The position numbers and the translations under genes are program-made. A DNA stretch of 64,000 bases from Centroscyllium fabricii (Eukaryota), in the NCBI GenBank assembly GCA_051313645.2, contig JBNRSN020000005.1:169818001-169882000 (forward strand), given 5' to 3'. Position 1 is the first letter of the stretch; each line of letters starts with the position of its first letter. Under the pieces are notes generated by a model. It was not told the DNA's origin. It made no database searches and saw only the letters and a program-made list of their open reading frames with translations. Shown here one piece after another: positions 37,555-50,990 of the stretch.

Positions 37555-38219
37555 CATGGACATCTATTAAACCCTGGTTTCCAGCGTTCAGAGATCTGCT
37601 GAGGTGGTCCCAGGGCAGAATTATGAGAGAAAACCTCTGAAGCTCATACCCGTGGTCTAGTGTCTGTTTCTTTTTAATCGGCATCAGTACTGACAAGGGG
37701 TATTAAAGATAGTGTTCTAAATGCTGTTCTTATTTTCTTACATAGCTGACACACAAAATTTCCTACAACTACAGAAAGCCATACGTCAGAGCTTAAATAT
37801 CAACTCCTAAAACAAGTCCTCAAAGAGCCAACTCCCACTATTATGCTGTCAAATTGGATATTCATACAACATCTGCAGACCATTCAGTCTGTTTGCAGCA
37901 GTGAGCAGTCACTCTTAAAAATAAAAAAAGATAACATCTGATCAATAAAGTAACTGCCCGAACATCCAACTTGTAATTGAGATGCAGCAGAGAAGTATCA
38001 GTCCCCCACAGGAAAAATAAATCAAGTCTACATGATACAGACATGCTTCTGAATGCATCACCTACTATAATTATATACTTTGCTAAGAGTGTATTCTTGT
38101 TTAGGGGGCTGAGAAGCTTTAAAGCTCATAAATCACTGACAATATGTTATTTCCAAAATATATTTTCAATAAATAAAAGACGTGTATTGTCTCAAAATGC
38201 AAAGTCAGGGAACACTTAC

Positions 38220-38377
38220 AGACACGTGTCTTCTCAAAGTGGACATATCTGTGAAAGTTCTCTCACAAGCCTTGCATTTATAAGGCTTCTCCCCTGTGTG
38301 AATTCGTTGATGACGTCGAAGTGCCCCCTGTTGGGTAAAAGCTTTCCCACACTGTTCACAAAAATATGGACGTGTTT
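38220..38377 (-). CDS. GZF1-like paralog, coding exon E (158 nt, ZF14-15)
   Basis: ccacag|AA ACA... encodes ETRPYFCEQCGKAFTQQGALRRHQRIHTGEKPYKCKACERTFTDMSTLRRHVS|gtaagt. Not in the supplied ORF track; read by hand. Confidence 0.9.
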
Positions 38378-39569
38378 CTGTGGAAAATTACAAGATTCAA
38401 GGAAAACTACAAGTTAGAGAGACAATAAAACATTTTCATTCATAACAACTATGTCTAAACGTATAATTTTACAATCTTAAATGTATATCAATCCAGTCCT
38501 TTGGGGGCAGGGGAAATAATTCAGGCCCTAATGATATTAATTTAATCATCTCACAGAGGCTTCCTCTTTTACCATGTATACTTTGGACAAACATTTTAAA
38601 CTTGACCAGTGCGCTCACTTAGTACACAAGTAAAATTTGATGATGATCCTCTTAAAATTGTTCTGTTCCATATTTTCAAAATGTACTGCTTAAATCTATT
38701 CACTCCACTGTTAATGTGTTATAATTTATTACAAATCACTGACCAGTTGAAGTTACTTTCCTGCATGAAATTTTCATATCAACTGGGGTTTCAGTCTGTT
38801 TGCTATTAGTCAAGCACTACTCAGTTGAGTTAAAGGAAGATAGATGTTTAGGAAGACAGAAAATCTAAACAGGACTGATTCTATCAAAATGAAATTTATA
38901 TATTCTGATCATTTGTATAACTTAGCAAAAACTTATACAATTTAGTATCCATCTGCATAGTGATATGGGCAAGATATGTTCGGGTTGGGGACAGACTTCC
39001 TTGTCACTGTAAACATCAAAACAATTAATTAGACAGACATGTGTTACTTTTGATAATGTATGTCTGTAATGGTTTCAAATAATTTGATATTAAGAATCAC
39101 TTTGAAAACATGCCTAAGGAAGGAATGCAAAATATATGGTATTTTGATATTTGATAGTATCAATTGGTAGTTCTCAGTCATATTGAACAGTTAAAATTAG
39201 CAGTAGAGCTTAAAAATGTCGAATAAAACTTATTGGTAGGAACAGCAGTCGATCCTTATTGGGGACAAAGCTCAAAAATGTAAAGTGAAAATGAAAACAC
39301 CGGTTTTTGGGTGTGAAATGGGTGCAAAGCATACCAATTTAGCAGTGAAATGGCCAGCACCCAATCTGCGCAGGCATTGGTCCCACTGCTAAATTTGTGC
39401 AGCCCATTCTTTAGGTGTCCCAGATGTTGGGACCCTTGAATATGTTAATTATGGGCCTAATGCTTGTTTAAGGATCTCGTGGTTAAATTAGTCAGCGATT
39501 AAGGAGGCAGGCATCCCGATCCCACAAATTTAGGATTTTGAAGCCAACTGTAGGGTTCCTATTACATCC

Positions 39570-40530
39570 AAGGTTGATGAAAGTAGTGCAGTTGATGTTG
39601 TGTATATGGACTTTCAAAAAGCTTGTGATAAAAGTACCACATAATAGACTTGCTAGCAAAATTGATACCCATGGGATTAAAGGAGCAGTGGCAGCATGGA
39701 TATGAAATTAGCTCGGAGACAGAAAGCAGAGAGTAGTGGGGAGCAGCTGCTTTTCAAACTGGAGGGAAGTGTGCAGCGGTGTTCCCAGGGTTTGGTGTTG
39801 GAACCATTTTTCTTTCTGATAGATATTAATGACCTGGACTTGGGTTTACGGAGCATAATTTCAAAATTTTGCAGGCGACACAAAACCCAAATGTAGTAAA
39901 CAGTGAGGAGGATAGTAAAGGCTTCAAGAGGACATGGACAGACTGGTGAAATGGGCAGACACATGGCAGATGCAATTTAACGCAGAGAAGTCTGAATTGA
40001 TGCATTTTGATAGGTAGAATGAGGAGGGACAATATAAACTAAATGTTACAATATTAAAAGGGGGGCAGGAACAGAGAGACCTGGGGGTGTACATACACAA
40101 ATCTTTGAAGTTGGCAGAACATGTTGAAAAGGCTGTTAAAGCATACGGGATCCTTGGCTTTATAAACATAGGCATAAAATACAAAAGTAAGGAAGTTATG
40201 CTAAACCTTTATAAATCACTGGTTAGGTCCTAGCTGGAGCAGTGTGTCCAATTCTGGGCACCACATTTCAGGAAGAATGACAAATCCTGAGAGAGGATGC
40301 AGAGAAGATCTACTAGAATGGTAACAGGGATGCGGAGCTTCAGTTATGTGGAGAGACTAGAGAAGCTGGGGTTGTTTTCTTTAGAGCAGAGAAGCTTAAG
40401 GGAAGATTTAAAAGAGGTGTTCAAAATCATGAAGGGTTTTGCTTGAGTAAATAAGGAGAAACTTTCCAGTGACAGAAGGTTCAGTAACCAGAGGACAGGG
40501 ATTTAAGGTAATTGGCAAAAGAACCAGCTA
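39570..40530 (+). mobile_element. Degraded CR1 LINE RT fragment
   Basis: VDVVYMDFQKA.DKV..RL; INDLD; LYKSLVR..LE.CVQFWAP motifs with frameshifts. Confidence 0.85.
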
Positions 40531-41101
40531 GCTCAGTAGACGTTCTACCACTCACTGCCTTAGCAGGTTAAGCTCAACTCAAGATATATGTCATTAGTTT
40601 GAATAAATGCTATAAATGCCAGCTATTTACAGAACTTGCATTTTATGCCACAACATTGCTTAAATTGGGCAGTGTGATCCCAATGCTCAAATTAACATCA
40701 GCATTATAAATAATGTAATAGACTTTTCACCCTTGAATACTGCTGTTCAGTATCAGAGGCATTGACAAATACTGGCAATGACATCATCTATATTTTGTAA
40801 AGGAGATGTAAATCTCACCGTGAACAGCGAACAATGATTCAAATATGCTCTTTTCTACCATGACCATTTTGGTTGGCTCTCAAAAAATATTTTACAATGA
40901 GGGTCTACTTTACTCAGTTAGAGAGAAGCAAAAGTAAGCAATGTCTATTTAATACCTTGAATCACCTTTGAGTAAAAATGTACCTTATGTCAGAATGAAA
41001 GCCTTATTATAACCTATGTAGAAATTTGAAAGGCACAACAGAAACCCTGTGTGAGCAGACATAGAGAAAGATTAATCTCCTTTAATAGAATTGCTACACA
41101 C

Positions 41102-41269
41102 CTGCATGTATATTGCTGTGTTGGGCCAAGGAGGCTCTCAGACCAAAGGTTTTCCCACATACATCACACTTATAAGGTTTGGCACCCATGTGACATCGCT
41201 TGTGACACTTCAAGTACTCATTGGTGGCAAAATGTTTCCCACATACATCACACCCAAAAAGGCGCTCCC
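41102..41269 (-). CDS. GZF1-like paralog, coding exon D (168 nt, ZF12-13)
   Basis: atgcag|GG GAG... encodes GERLFGCDVCGKHFATNEYLKCHKRCHMGAKPYKCDVCGKTFGLRASLAQHSNIHA|gtgtgt. Confidence 0.9.
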
Positions 41270-42753
41270 CTGCATGATAAATCAAACATTGTTATTTTTG
41301 TCAGTTGCTGGTTAAATTAACCTCTTTAAATAAAGATAAAAAGAACCCAATAAAGTATAGAACTAACCTATGGTTAAGTCTAATCAAAGTTTCATTGACC
41401 AGAAATCTTTTCCGCCAAATTTCTCCCCTACACCTCTCGAGGTTGACACTTTGCTGGACAAATCGACAAAACACTGGTCGTCCCCTCTCCCAAAAACAGG
41501 ACCTTAAATAAGTGACCATTTTTCATGTGCAAGTCCAAGGAGTGAGTGTTGCTGAGTCCATCCTGTCCCTTACCCAATATCCATATAAATGTACTTCCAC
41601 CAGGAATCGCTGGATAGCAATTACAAGTGGGAATCCTGGTCATTTTTTTTGCCCTTAGCTGGAGGTGCTGAGATCAGCAAACACAGGTCACTCAGAGAAT
41701 CAGGCCTGGTGTCTTCCTGGTTTGTACGACTGAGCTACTCACTGGCTTAATTAGCTGAGCCACTGGAGCGTCATGAACAGAGGAACTTATTTGACATGTG
41801 CTTCAGATATCATTCTAAGAAGCAAAATGCAGTTTACCTGTATACAGTATTTTTGAAGTGCATGCCTTAGAAATTTTGACCAGTAATGCAGAGCAGCAAG
41901 AGATAACCGTTCCTACACAGTTCTGGAATATAGGTGAGGATTTTATAAATGATGATTCTACAAGTGTTTCTTAAAACAAAAAGTTCATTCTTTGACAATA
42001 AGTATAGGACAGATATTGCCTCCTGTTGTGTAATTTTCCTTCTTGGTTGCAGGTGTGGTTTGTGAGAAAAGGCCGCCATTCTGGATTGATGCTGCCACGA
42101 CAATCATTGTATACCTAGTAATGGACAGGGTTGCACTGCAGCTGTAACCTAAAAACTGCACAGGTTAGGACACCTACACTTTGATGGGTGACAAATGTGT
42201 CACAGAGCCTAGCAATGAAGCATTGTGGTCACTTCATAAATCCTACATTATTTTTGAAGTTTCAAATAATAGCCTTATAGAACACATACTCAATGTAGTT
42301 TCTAGAAAACTGATAACTTCAAGGAACTGGGCAACACAGAATCCTACAGCCCACTATGAACAGTTCAGTTCTTGCTGAATACTATTTGCAAATGCCACAA
42401 CTAAACCTGGATATAGCATTCATCTTCCACAGAATATGTGCTGGAAATGAAAGATAACCATTCTAGAAACTAATAGTTATTGTAGAGTGAGGGTGACCTT
42501 GAAAATATGACAAGATTGTCAAATCACCAGTCCAACCATAACAATGGATTACAGTATTGTTTTGTGCCAACAGTATCAATCTGAAGAGACTAGAGGGTTT
42601 TGGGTCCTCATTACTTTGACAGTTGTCCAAGTTTAACATTTTCCATTTCAGCACTCCTAGTGCATGCCAGAAGCACATATCAGGAAAATCTGCCTCCCCA
42701 GTCATGATTATTCTACCAATAATTTTAGCATATACTCCATAACTGTTTCGTAC

Positions 42754-42848
42754 CTGTATGTGTTCTCTTATGACCATTTAATTTAGCTTTATCAGTGAAA
42801 CAGGCGCCGCAGTCATCACAAATATAGGGTCTCTCTCCAGTGTGTGAC
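42754..42848 (-). CDS. GZF1-like paralog, coding exon C (95 nt, ZF11)
   Basis: ttgcag|G TCA CAC... encodes (R)[31 protein letters not shown](G)|gtacga; same length and phases as GZF1 exon 5193-5287. Confidence 0.9.
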
Positions 42849-43503
42849 CTGCAATTAGTAGAAAATGATATCAAGTTTCAAAACCATCTTCAATTCACAA
42901 ACTCATGAAAGTAAAAAAAATAAATTACTTTACAAACAGCGTGTAGACAAATAGATTCACCATCACATGATCTGGTATTTTAAATAATTAGATAACATAT
43001 ATGTTTTCAAATTAAAAATGACTAGTATGCAACTGTTAAACTGTCACTTTAAAAGTTTATAACAACATTTTGAAAAACTTTTAGGGATAAGTTTAATACT
43101 GTAGAGATTAAGACACTCGTTCCACAAGTCCCAGAACTGCCCAAGATTGACGTAGTGCTAGCCAACAACTATGATGAGTTTTATTAGTTCTTGCACAGGT
43201 TTTTGAATAGCAAAAACACTCAAATAGGCAATGTTGCTGTAGCAAGAAGTTATCTAATTCTAATTCATCTTGGTGCAAATGTGGAGAAGACAGCTGCCTG
43301 CCTGCTCACCCACCCATCCAACCAACCAGTACAGTAGACTTAATAGCAGTAAAAGCTTGCTTGCCCACATTACTAAAAGGGGAGACTCTGTAGTGGGGAA
43401 AGGCTGCTTGCCCTTTCTATCAGAAGGGTATGTTTTGTACAGATGGGTCTACAAGGTAGAAAACAATGGGTGGATAAATGGAAACTAAGTATAAGGAATT
43501 GAC

Positions 43504-44481
43504 CTTGTGTGAATTTTCAGCTGTGATGGTTGGGCAAATCGAGAATGGCAAATGGAGCATTCATAAGGCTTCTCTCCAGTGTGTGTCCGCATATGGAATA
43601 CCAGCGCTGTTCGTGAGCTGAGAATTTTCCCGCAAACAGAGCACAGTGGACGTTTTATACGCCCTTCATGCTTCCGAGCATAGTGAGTCCGTACATCTCT
43701 TTTTCTCTTAAAAGTTGCATTGCAGAGAGTGCAAGCAAAGTGCCTTTCATCACTGTGAACACAAGCACAGTGCTCTTTCCAACTGTTGTGGGTTGCAAAA
43801 GCCTTGCCACAGATCTCACAGTGATAGACTTTCCCTGGTAATGACTGATGAACATCTTTGCAGTGAACCACATAATCTTTTCTGGACTCAAATTCATCAT
43901 CACATTTGTCACATTTAATGATGTGATTTGATTTTCGTGATCTTCCTCTTTTACTGCCTTTCTTTACTTCAAAGTCATCATCAGAATCGTCTGGTTCAGG
44001 ATCATGCTCATTTGAAGAGTCTTCATCTTTATCATTATCATCCTCATTGTCTGTGCTATTTTCTTCATCATCCTCTACCTCACACTCTGCGTCACCATCG
44101 TTGTCATCATCATCATCATTTTCAAAGTCTTCAGTTTCATCCTCTCCACTATCATCTTCATTCTTAACATGAGCTTCTTTGTTATTTAGTGGACTATTTT
44201 GTGCACTCTTGGTACCTTCACCTTTCTCTTCTTCGGTTTCATTGCTATTATTACACCCAATTTCTGTATCAGATGTACTCTGTTGTTCTTCTTCATCACA
44301 TGTTTCCTTATTATCGCTAACGTCCATGACCAAGTCATTATCTTCTGATCTATCCCATCCGTCCCTGTTACTTCTGCCATCCATGACAAAACCAGCAACG
44401 TCATCTGACTTATCTACTTGTGGCACTACTTTCCAGTACATAAATGGTGGTTTCTTCTCTTGACCAGATTCATGTATCTTT
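43504..44481 (-). CDS. GZF1-like paralog, coding exon B: acidic linker and second five-finger block
   Basis: tttacag|A AAG ATA CAT completes ZF5 (HVRKIH). Then a D/E-rich tract and fingers CDKC, CEIC, CTLC, CSVC, CSIC. Donor AG|gtcaat at 43504. 978 nt, phase 2 at both ends. Confidence 0.9.
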
Positions 44482-44819
44482 CTGTAAAGAAAAACACTTA
44501 ATTTAATTTTAATTGCCGTTTTCAAGGCTCAAAAAGTATACTGGCTTCACTATACGAATTATCCTGTGAACAGGATAAAACTATTTATATCAACCTAATT
44601 CCTTGGAATATAAACAAACCATGGCTCAACTTTAGGTCTGGATAACCTAACTTAGTTTTTCATTTTTCACTTGTTTGCTATCAGAAATTGTTTATCAGTA
44701 ATTTGATTTCTCATCGCTAATACTTTGATAAATTATATAGAAATGATCCTCAAGTTCATTATTTATGATGCTTTTGTGAACAATCATATATGGTGCCTTT
44801 AATGTTGTAAAATCAAGGC

Positions 44820-45720
44820 AGAAGGTACAACCGCTAGTGGTTGGGCAAAGGGGGGAAGCTGTAAGCAGAGGAATAGAAAGTTCTGGGGGAGAAGGTAGTT
44901 GTAGCACTGTAGAAGGTTACAGAGTTAGGGAGGAGCAAGGTGTTGGATGGATTTAAACATTAAGTATAATTTTAAATTTAGAGTATAAATTTAGGGACCA
45001 AGAACCAATACAGGTCATTGTCTACGGAAGGTGGAGGATCAGAGACCGACCTGGAGAGCATTGTAATAGCGGAGTCTGGAGGTATCATAGGCACTGATGA
45101 AGGTTTCGATGGCAGATAGGCTGAAGTACAGACAAAGGCAGGCAATGCTCCAGAGGTAGTAGGTGCGCTTTGTGATGGAGTAGATATGGAGTTAGACACT
45201 CAATATAGGTCGAACAGGATGCCGAGGTTGCATACAGCTTGTTCATTCTGAGACAGTGACCAGGGAGAAGGATGGAGTTGGTGGCAAGGATACGGAGTTT
45301 CTGGCGGCGGTGAAAGATGATGAGTTTGCTTTTTCCAATCTTTAGTCAGAGGAAATTGCAGGTCATCGAAGACTGGATGTCAGATAAGCAATCTGACAGT
45401 AGAGGTAGTGGAGGGCTCAGAGGTGGTGGCAAGGGAGAGATGGCGTCATCAACATATACGTGGGAGCTGATCTCATGTCTGTGGATGATGTCACCAAGGG
45501 GCACTGTGTAGCTGTGGAAGAGGAGGGGGCAAGAATGGATTCTTCAGGGATTCTGGAGGTGTAGGAAGAAGGGTCTTTGGCAGAGATGCTCTGGCTACGT
45601 TTGGATAGGCAAGAGTGGGAACAGGTGAGGGTAGTCTAACTGAGCTGGCCAACAGGAGAGGCATTAGATAGTGTGGATGGCCATGTTAAAGATTACAGAG
45701 AGTTCAAGGAGGGATAATAC
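44820..45720 (-). mobile_element. Degraded L2 LINE fragment
   Basis: Reverse-strand homology to 10440-11250 (cagattgcttatctgacatccagtctt..., yvddai). Confidence 0.65.
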
Positions 45721-45724
45721 ACCA

Positions 45725-46590
45725 TGAGGCTAACAGCGCTCACCATTATAACGGGGTAAATCGGACAACAACTTCTGGCAATCGGACACGTGCAGTTAAA
45801 CGCAGAAAGTTGTTGTCAGAGATATACCACTCCTCCACAGGGTGCGCTGTTGCAGTCCTCGCTGATAGACTCGGCACTGAAATGAATGCAATGGCGTGAA
45901 ATTGGGGTACTTGTCCTTTAGTTCCCCACTAAAGACTGCTGAAAAAGCTAGGGCTGTTGCATTCAGGAGTAAGTGAGTTTTTAATGGCGTGATAAATGAT
46001 AATTGCTGAACAACCTCTCTGGCCCTGAAAATTTAATTTTACAAGCGTGTAGTCTCATTCCCTCAGAAGAAAATTAGTGCTGGAGATTTAATTAAAAAAA
46101 AACCTTTTTCTGTCCTCTTTTATCTCTCTCCTTTAATCCTATCTGTATTTCCCAATCTTTATTTTGCTTTCGGTACATGATTTAAATGTAATTCATATTT
46201 CCTGCTTTATACTTCCTGGTTTAGACTCTAACCGATTTACCCTGTTATAATGGTGAGCGCTGTTAGCCTCATTGTGCATTATTCCTCCTTGAACTCTCTG
46301 TAATCTTTAACATGGCCATCCACACTATCTAATGCCTCTCTTCTGTTGGCCAGAGCATCTCTACCAAAGAGCGTGGCTCAGTGATGATTCTTCAATCTGA
46401 CTGGTTAATGAGCGTCGCTGTTTCTTTTCCTGCTCATATATGCCACAGGTTCCCTGCAGAGGGCACCATGCTGGATCAGATACCAGATTAGAATAAGTCC
46501 TATGCTCTAAAGCCTGCTAAAAATTTATGGGCAGCTGTCAGCGAGGTGACCGGCGAGCACCGTTCCTTCACCACTAACTGTAATTGTTTC
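45725..46590. mobile_element. Old Harbinger-like element, related to 53644-56318
   Basis: Shares ctctggccc.gaaa..., tctctctc..taatcc.atct...tttatt internal segments with 53940-54114 and 56062-56220. Confidence 0.45.
46232..46370. repeat. Inverted local duplicate of 45574-45595 joined to 45650-45764
   Basis: Direct reverse-complement match; the two source pieces are joined at CTGGC microhomology. Confidence 0.9.
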
Positions 46591-49099
46591 CATGGATCAT
46601 GATACACAGAGTTTGCATATCCTTGGTAATTCATATGCAATACATTTAGTGTGGAAAAAGTTTCCTTAGCAGTAGGGTTTTACAATTGCATGAGTGTTCA
46701 AACAATGTAAATATGCTGTGTACCTAAAAATCAAATCACTTCAAAGCTGTGTTTATTTTCAGTTTCAAAGTATTCAATAAGTTGAGTTGAGGGGGATTAA
46801 TTTATCTTTCTGCAGAGATACTTGAATCAGAAACATGGATAAGGAGACAACGTTGGAGACAGAATGTTCGCAGAATGCATTTCAGAATAATTGTTAAGAA
46901 AGCAACTTCTGTTTTTATTGCTAGTGCATCGCATTAAATGCTTGCTATAGGAAATTATGGGTTATATAAAAAAAAGTGTGCATGCATGTCAGGCGCAAAT
47001 TATTAAAAGGTTTCTGCTGATAAACATTCACCAGGTGTTACAGGCAGGAGAAGCAGCAGGTGATGAGAGATCAGGGGGGACTGCAAGGTGTTGGCACTCC
47101 AAACCACTACATCACAGAAAGGTAAGATGTGGATTTGTTCCCCACACAGATCTTGAGCTCAAAACACAAATGGAGGCAGGCACTTTCCCAAAGGGTAGGA
47201 AAGAAACAAGAAAGAATTTACATTAATATCGTGCCTTACCATGTCCTCGAGACATCCCAAAGTACTTTATGACTAATGGATTACTTTTGCAGTACTATCG
47301 CTGCTGTTATGTGGGAAATGTGACAGACAATTTTGCACACAAAAAGCAAATGAATGAATAATCAGGTAATAATTTCTTGGCGGTGTTAGTTGAGGGATGA
47401 ATATTGATCTGGATACCTGAAGAACACCTTGCTTTTCTTCAAATAATGATGCTTTTCCATTATGTTGCACCATAGTATTTTTCAACAAGTGCTGTGATTG
47501 TACTTGAGCAGGCAGCCAGGGGCTCAGTTTAATGTGTCATCTGAAAAGATGGCAGCTCCAACAAAGCAGTGTCAACATAGATTATGTGCTCAAGTCCATA
47601 ATGGGACTTGAATCCACAACCTTCTAACTCAGGGGGCAAATATTGTTAGCAATTGTGCCAAGCCAACACTTAGTTGGAAGAGGGAGGAAAATGATGAGAT
47701 CGGTCATCACAGTAACTCTCACACACCTCCAAGTGGCCAGCTGTAGAATGGCATTGGAGGTTGTTGCCAACCTGTCCTAATAACCCTGGGAAGTGTGGTA
47801 AGGAGACTATGGGATAAGAAAATAGATAAGGAAAATAAAATACCATATTTTTAAAAGCAATTAAGAAAAATAATATGCCAGCTGATTTGGAAGTTAGGGC
47901 TCAAGAAAATAATGCCACAGCACAAGCAAAGAAGCCTGAAAATTGCTTCTAAATCATGTTTAGTTTGTTATTTCTGATTCAGAACTCATAACTTAAGACA
48001 GTTTATAGTGGCAAATGGAGGTCAGATTTCAGACACGTCCAATCTTTGGTTAGTCCTATAAATGGAGCTTAAGTTAGTTAGCTGTTGTAGTTTATGAAGT
48101 TACTATACTGCGCTCCCTCTGTAAAGTTACAGAAGTCCCTGAAGCTTCTTTAAATAATCTAACACTTTAATCAACGTTAAATGTTGCTTTCATTTGTACG
48201 GTCAAAAGTTCCAAAAATAATTTTATAACTGAAGGCTTTGGAGCTTACTGTTTCTGCCAGATGAATGTTAGATTTTAAAGGAGTTTTATGAATGTCTTAT
48301 GGATCAGTGGTCTATTTTAATAAAGTACTTAACAGTTTAATTACTTCATATTGTACCCTTATTGATTTACATATTTTAATTTTTCCTACTGTGCAATTGT
48401 GACTATATATCCTTTCTTCTTTGATCCAATGTAAAGCCATATTCCTTCCTTATCTCCTTTTAACCTCCCCCTCACCTGCTTCAGAAGAATCTGGAAAAAA
48501 AAGTTGCCATTTTGGAGATGTGACTTTGAAATAGAGTTGAGTAACCTTGCTTGTCTTGGCTGCATAGGACTCATGGATTAGGCATATGGCAAGAGAGTTC
48601 TAATGAGACAAACTGTCTGTTGGAAACTGCTTTCTTAGCAGTTATTCTGCAGCACATTCAGAAAGCATTCGGTCTCCTCTGTTATCCATCTAGATCGGTC
48701 ATTGATTTAAGTGTCCAATGCAGCTGTGATTAATCAGCCCAACATAAAACTTAATTCTCTTTATAGGATAAATAGTGGACATATACTTTGATAACTCGAC
48801 CAGCATCCTGGTATCCTATTATTGCTACCAACATTAAAGTCCCAGCAGAATACGTCAAGCCCCAACATGATAACCTAACATACGTTTTTTTTAAATGAAG
48901 CCTCACTTTCCTGATATGGTCAGTACAGTACAGGTACTTGTTAATAGCTTTTCGTGTTAAATTAGGAAATTTGTTTTTTAAGTCCTTGGTTTTCAATTTT
49001 TACTAGTACATTTCTGGATGTTAAAATTATTATTTTTAAGCTTTAATGTAAAGTGTTCCAGACTCTGCTATTAATAAGATAGTATGCCTAACAACTAAT

Positions 49100-49266
49100 A
49101 CAAAAGCAAAATACCGCAAATGCCAGAAATCTGAAATAAAAACAGAAAATGCTGGAAATACTCAGGAGGTCAGGCAGTTCTGATGAAAGGTCATCGACCT
49201 GAAACGTTAACTCTGTTTATCTCTCAACAGATGCTGCCTGGCCTGCAGAGTATTTTCTGTTTTTAT
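49100..49266. mobile_element. Penelope inverted pLTR remnant
   Basis: aaataccgcaaatgccagaaatctgaaataaaaacagaaaatgctgg... followed by an inverted copy. Confidence 0.75.
49176..49212 (+). ncRNA. Minimal hammerhead ribozyme motif (Penelope pLTR)
   Basis: AGTT CTGATGA AAGGTC ATC GACCT GAAA CG TT AACT; identical core to 12495-12531. Confidence 0.75.
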
Positions 49267-50097
49267 GCCTAGCAACTAAGCTTCTCAGTTCATAAAATAA
49301 CACAATTTTACATTCTTATCCACCACTTGCAATATAAAGCTCGATTACATCATTATTTTATTGCAGAAATCAACAGAATCCACTGCCTCAATTTTTTTAC
49401 AAATAAAACCCCACGTGTATATGTCAGGTCAGGTGATTAAACCTGATACCGTAATGATAGTAGACAGTACACCCTGTGACTGGCCCAACACCAAATGGTG
49501 GACAGCAGTTAACTAAATTAGATATAGATGCAGAACACCATGGTACAAGCTTCTGCCTTAAGAGGTGTGAAGGACAGTTTTATATAGAAACCCAGTTATT
49601 TCCTGCTAATTTTCTGAATTTGAGATAATCTGAAGAGATTGTTCAGATAACAAAGAGGATTAAAGCAGCGGTGAAACTAGAAAAACTTCCAATAACAGTA
49701 TTTGACATCAGGAGTCAGGACCTATTCTGGCCATTTCTCCAAAGGAAACAGTGGATCAGTTGCTTTACCCTGGCCAGTCCCTATATCAGATAAACATTTC
49801 AACCGTGCTGCAGATCCCAGACCAAACGTGAGTAACTCAATGGGACAACTGCAGTGAATTAAATTTTCCAGAGCGAAAATAAAATGAGGTAATGATTTTC
49901 ACCTTTATCAAGTTGAGTCAAAATATCCTAGTATGATTCGCACATATTACCTCTCCTTGAAACGACATATTGTTTGGAGGAACAAATGTGAGCTTTTCCT
50001 GGTACAGGTAGCAGTTTGCCTGGCTTGATTGGGATTACAAAAAATATATAGAATCTACAACCAGAACAGTGTCTGTAGACTGCTAGATACAATTATA

Positions 50098-50623
50098 CAG
50101 GTTGTGCACCGAAAATCTGTGTCCCGAATAGCCGGCAGCTTCAGTCTGCCGGCACAAATTGCCCCGACTGCACTACGCATGCGCAAGATGGCAGCCGCCA
50201 TCGCAGCTTCGGTGAATGATCTGCGCATGCGCCGAGCGCATGCGCAGATCATTCAAAACGGCTGCCGGGTGTTTTGAATGATCTGCGCGTGCGTCGCCGG
50301 ACGGTTAGCGCATGCGCAGATAATTCAATACGGCCGCCGGTTATTTTCTCCACAGCTGAGCCCCGTGACTGAGGCGGACAATCACTAGGCAACAGCTGTC
50401 AGCCTGAGTCCGGCTCGGCGGCAGCAGCAACCCGAAAGGCGATGGAGAGGGACGGCGGACCCGATCTGCGCATGTGCGCGCCAGCCAATCCCAATGCTGC
50501 GCGCATGCGCGCGGCCATTTTGAATGGTGCGCATGCGCAGTGTCCAACCTCGTTCTCCCAGTTTTTTCCATTTCCCGGCACGGGCCTGGTCCCGCCCGTG
50601 GCGGATTAATGGTGCACAACCTG
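50098..50623. mobile_element. Tigger/pogo-like MITE (same family as 7169-7565, opposite orientation)
   Basis: TA|CAGGTTGTGCACCG...GGTGCACAACCTG|TA. Confidence 0.9.
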
Positions 50624-50990
50624 TAGTTAATTTGATTTGTATAAACATACACTTTTCAATTTGGTTTTACTGCATAATGAATAAATCATACACCACTTAG
50701 TAGCTATGGATACTTAATTAACGACCAAAAATTACAGACTTTTTATTCTTTCACACTAGATTGAGCCTGTGAAATGCTTTGCATAAGACATGCTAATTTA
50801 TAATGAGTGAAGCAATCTAGTAAATTCATAAAATAAATGAAGGCTTTTCCGTCCATATAATCTCATCTTTCTAGGATACCGTTACAGTCTCAAGCTGACT
50901 TGGAGGACAGAATATTGCCCAAGATGTCTGTCTGCGAATGAGATCAAATTGGGTGCAGTTGCCAAAATTACTTACCAATGTGCTAAAATT

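Noticed and set aside
43504-44481. Exon B as the start of a third, BTB-less gene
   Set aside because: It begins with a clean acceptor whose first codons (R-K-I-H) supply the missing final His of exon A's fifth finger; no non-repeat promoter was seen between 44.5 and 58 kb.
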